This document shows, in pieces, positions 61,363 through 64,000 of a stretch of DNA of 64,000 bases. Both the position numbers and the translations under genes were made by a program. The number at the start of each line of letters is the position of its first letter. The first letter of the stretch is position 1. The notes under the pieces were generated by a model. That model was not told where the DNA came from. It ran no database searches and worked only from the letters and a program-made list of their open reading frames with translations. The DNA comes from Patescibacteria group bacterium (GTDB taxonomy: Bacteria > Patescibacteriota > JACPGU01). The DNA lies in assembly GCA_022703645.1 (NCBI GenBank), contig JAKLDG010000001.1, forward strand, positions 338,814 through 402,813, in the 5' to 3' direction.

Positions 61363-63876
61363 ATGAATATTTTTGGTTTTGATCGATTTAGCTCAAACGC
61401 TCGCAATATCCTTACTGAAGCGCAAGGCATCGCGGGAAACAACTCTGGAGTCATCGGAACAGAGCATATTCTGCTTGCAATATTAATGAACAAAAACTGT
61501 CTAGCAAATTCTATGCTGGAAAGTTTTGGCGTTGACCATGACAGAGCTGAACTCGCGATGAATTTTATGCCACAGTTTAATAATATCTATACGAATAAGA
61601 AAAGTGTCAATATTAATGAAGAAGTAAAAAAAGCTCTCGAAGCCGCGATTTTGACTGCAAAAAGATTTAACCATTTTTATCTTGGATCTGAACACTTGCT
61701 TTTGGGAATATTAGCAGACCCGAGCTTCAAAGCATTTCAAATCATTCAAAACATCGATGTTAATCCTGATAGCATAAAAAAACAATTAATTGAATTATTG
61801 CAAAATGCACCTCAACAGGACATTGAAATGATGGGTGAAACATCAGGAATGGGACCGGATAACCAGAATAAGAAAAAATCAATGCTCGCCCAATATTCAA
61901 TTGATCTGACAGCTGAAGCAGAAAATAATAGATTTGACCCTGTAATTGGTAGAACAACTGAAATCGAAAGAATAATTCATATACTTTCGCGCAGAACCAA
62001 GAACAATCCTGTGCTAATCGGCGATCCAGGCGTTGGAAAAACTGCTATTGTCGAAGGGTTAGCTTTGAAAATTATAAAAGGCGAAGTACCAATAAAACTA
62101 AAAAATAAAAAGATTTATTCGCTCGACTTGGGGAGTATGATAGCCGGTACGAAATTCCGCGGTGAATTTGAAGACCGCTTAAAAAAATTAATTAATGAAG
62201 TAGAGAAAGACCGCGATGCGATTCTTTTTATCGATGAAATTCACACGATAATTGGTGCTGGAGCAGCTGAGGGTTCAATGGATGCGAGTAATATGTTAAA
62301 GCCTGCTCTTTCTCGCGGTAAGATTACTTGCATTGGCGCGACTACGATTGAAGAATACCGCAAAAATATTGAAAAAGATGCGGCATTCGAAAGAAGATTT
62401 CAGCCTGTTGTAATTGAAGAACCGACAGTAGCTGACACCATTGAAATTTTGAAAGGTATTGCGCAAAACTACGAAGATTTTCACCAAGTTGTGATTGAAC
62501 CGGAAGCTGTCATGATCGCAGCAAAACTATCGCATAGATATATTGCCGATAGGTTCCTTCCTGATAAGGCAATTGACTTGATTGATGAAGCTGCGTCTGG
62601 TGTAGTAATAAAAGAAAAGATAGGGGAGAGCGCTGAAATTAAAAAGCTTGAAATAAAACTCAAAACAACTATCGAAGGGAAAAACAAAGCGATAGCTGAA
62701 CAAGCATACGAATTGGCTGCTCAGCTACGCGATCAAGAAAATTTCATAATAGAGGAAATTGAAAAAAAGCGAAAAGAAAAAAATGACATCCCAAGAGAAA
62801 AAAGAAAAATAGTTACTAAAGAAGATATTGCTAGGGTTGTAAATACTTGGACTGGAATTCCAGTTTCGAAATTAATTGAATCAGATTATGATAAATTTTC
62901 AAATATTGAAAATATCCTGAAAAAGAAAATTATCGGACAAGATGAAGCTATTGAAGTTATCGCCAAAGCGATAAAAAGAAGCCGTGCTGGAATTGGCAAT
63001 CCTAGAAGACCGATCGGATCTTTTATATTTCTTGGACCGACTGGGGTAGGAAAAACAGAATTGGCAAAAGTCTTGGCATCTGAAGTTTATGAGAGTGATA
63101 ATGCATTGATTAAGATTGATATGAGTGAATTTATGGAAAAGCATAATGTTAGCCGCCTTGTTGGCGCGCCGGCAGGTTACGTTGGTTATGAAGATGGCGG
63201 AAAGCTGACTGAAGCTGTGCGCAAAAAACCATATTCAATAATTCTTTTTGATGAAATCGAGAAAGCGCATCCGGAAGTTTTCAATCTTTTATTGCAAATT
63301 CTGGAAGATGGGGTTCTAACGGATGCTAAAGGAAGAAAGGTTGATTTTCGTAATACAATAATAATTATGACTTCGAATATTGGCGCGAATGAGCTAACAC
63401 GTTCCGCCGCGCTTGGATTTAAGATTGAAGATAATGATTCCGTAGAGATACAAAATCTTGCGTCTAACAATACCGATTATGAGAAAATGAAAGACATTGT
63501 TCTTGAACAGGTAAAGAGAAAATTTAATCCAGAGTTCCTAAATCGTATTGATAAAGTCGTTGTTTTTAAACCTCTTGGTAAAAAAGAGATCGCAAAAATT
63601 GTTGAAATAAATCTTGCTGAGTTAAAGTTACGATTGAAAAACGAAAAGGGAATAACTCTTGAAATCACAAAAAAAGCGATTGATTGGATCTCAAAAAACG
63701 GTTTTGATGCGGAATTTGGCGCGCGTCCAATCAGACGCTTGATCGAAAATGAAGTCGAAAATCAAATAGCAGAAAAAATCGTGAGTGGCGAGATAGAGGA
63801 GGGAGAGAAGGTTTCTATGGATCTGAAAAACGATAAAATAGTTTTTGTAGAAAAGAAAGTTTCGGTTCGTAAATAA
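61363..63876 (+). CDS. clpC: ATP-dependent Clp protease ATP-binding subunit ClpC (class III heat-shock AAA+ chaperone)
   Basis: Two Clp_N repeats; two AAA+ modules ([15 protein letters not shown]; [17 protein letters not shown]); short linker between D1 and D2 (ClpC-like rather than ClpB). Confidence 0.85.
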   Translation: MNIFGFDRFSSNARNILTEAQGIAGNNSGVIGTEHILLAILMNKNCLANSMLESFGVDHDRAELAMNFMPQFNNIYTNKKSVNINEEVKKALEAAILTAKRFNHFYLGSEHLLLGILADPSFKAFQIIQNIDVNPDSIKKQLIELLQNAPQQDIEMMGETSGMGPDNQNKKKSMLAQYSIDLTAEAENNRFDPVIGRTTEIERIIHILSRRTKNNPVLIGDPGVGKTAIVEGLALKIIKGEVPIKLKNKKIYSLDLGSMIAGTKFRGEFEDRLKKLINEVEKDRDAILFIDEIHTIIGAGAAEGSMDASNMLKPALSRGKITCIGATTIEEYRKNIEKDAAFERRFQPVVIEEPTVADTIEILKGIAQNYEDFHQVVIEPEAVMIAAKLSHRYIADRFLPDKAIDLIDEAASGVVIKEKIGESAEIKKLEIKLKTTIEGKNKAIAEQAYELAAQLRDQENFIIEEIEKKRKEKNDIPREKRKIVTKEDIARVVNTWTGIPVSKLIESDYDKFSNIENILKKKIIGQDEAIEVIAKAIKRSRAGIGNPRRPIGSFIFLGPTGVGKTELAKVLASEVYESDNALIKIDMSEFMEKHNVSRLVGAPAGYVGYEDGGKLTEAVRKKPYSIILFDEIEKAHPEVFNLLLQILEDGVLTDAKGRKVDFRNTIIIMTSNIGANELTRSAALGFKIEDNDSVEIQNLASNNTDYEKMKDIVLEQVKRKFNPEFLNRIDKVVVFKPLGKKEIAKIVEINLAELKLRLKNEKGITLEITKKAIDWISKNGFDAEFGARPIRRLIENEVENQIAEKIVSGEIEEGEKVSMDLKNDKIVFVEKKVSVRK

Positions 63877-64000
63877 AAATACCTCCCCTTAAGTAATTAA
63901 AGAGGAGGATTTCTAAGAAAATCGAAAAAGGGTCCATTATCCCTTTTCATCAAATTTTGAAAAAGGGGCGCGCAATGAGCAATCATCACGCGCCAAATCC

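Noticed and set aside
1-64000. CRISPR arrays
   Set aside because: No regularly spaced direct repeats of 25-40 bp with unique spacers were seen. The repeat families found are palindromic and irregular.

Overview
This is an AT-rich bacterial window of about 60 genes, densely packed and mostly small. The gene content and style suggest a reduced-genome lineage such as the Candidate Phyla Radiation (Patescibacteria); that placement is an inference, not a database result.

Housekeeping genes recognised from motifs:
- translation and RNA processing: leuS, cysS, rpmF (L32), rnc, nusA, nusB, an RlmD/TrmA-type RNA methyltransferase, an RsuA/RluB-type pseudouridine synthase;
- DNA repair: radA, xth, mpg, a Pif1/RecD-like helicase;
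- proteostasis and envelope: clpC, an FKBP isomerase, mscL, two TspO paralogs, a PspC/LiaF pair, a D-Ala-D-Ala carboxypeptidase, an L,D-transpeptidase, an SLT+M15 hydrolase, a TagA/WecG glycosyltransferase, a PilB/GspE ATPase;
- signalling: a membrane sensor histidine kinase and a stand-alone receiver.

Between 42.9 and 58.3 kb sits a locus of four consecutive secreted or surface proteins, including one gene of about 11 kb (3677 aa) with Gly-rich repeats, LamG domains and tandem Ig/FN3-like modules.

The most unusual signals:
1. A REP/RAYT system. Two decayed IS200-like RAYT (HuH Y1) transposase paralogs are present, plus at least four GC-rich REPIN-like palindromic elements with conserved ends (5' CTGTAGGGGC, 3' GCCCCTACGG). 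Three of them sit inside coding sequence (the RAYT gene, its degraded paralog, and the RNA methyltransferase); two are in frame and add about 19-22 aa, and the one in the paralog supplies the premature stop. A fourth supplies the stop codon of xth.
2. Nudix hydrolase domains fused to two core information-processing proteins: inserted into LeuRS, and C-terminal to NusB.
3. A conserved leader of about 85 nt with an internal AGGAGG, present upstream of three unrelated genes.
4. A perfect CIRCE/HrcA operator and sigma70-like promoter in front of clpC, followed by one copy of a CCAAT-type palindromic repeat family that also occurs at two other promoters.
5. A second AT-rich repeat family (AAAATGTAAAATGACA) that brackets a four-helix-bundle protein gene and several other genes.

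Several blocks (12.5-15.6 kb, 18.6-22.3 kb, 39.4-40.5 kb) look GC-richer than their surroundings. No rRNA, tRNA or CRISPR array could be supported by eye.
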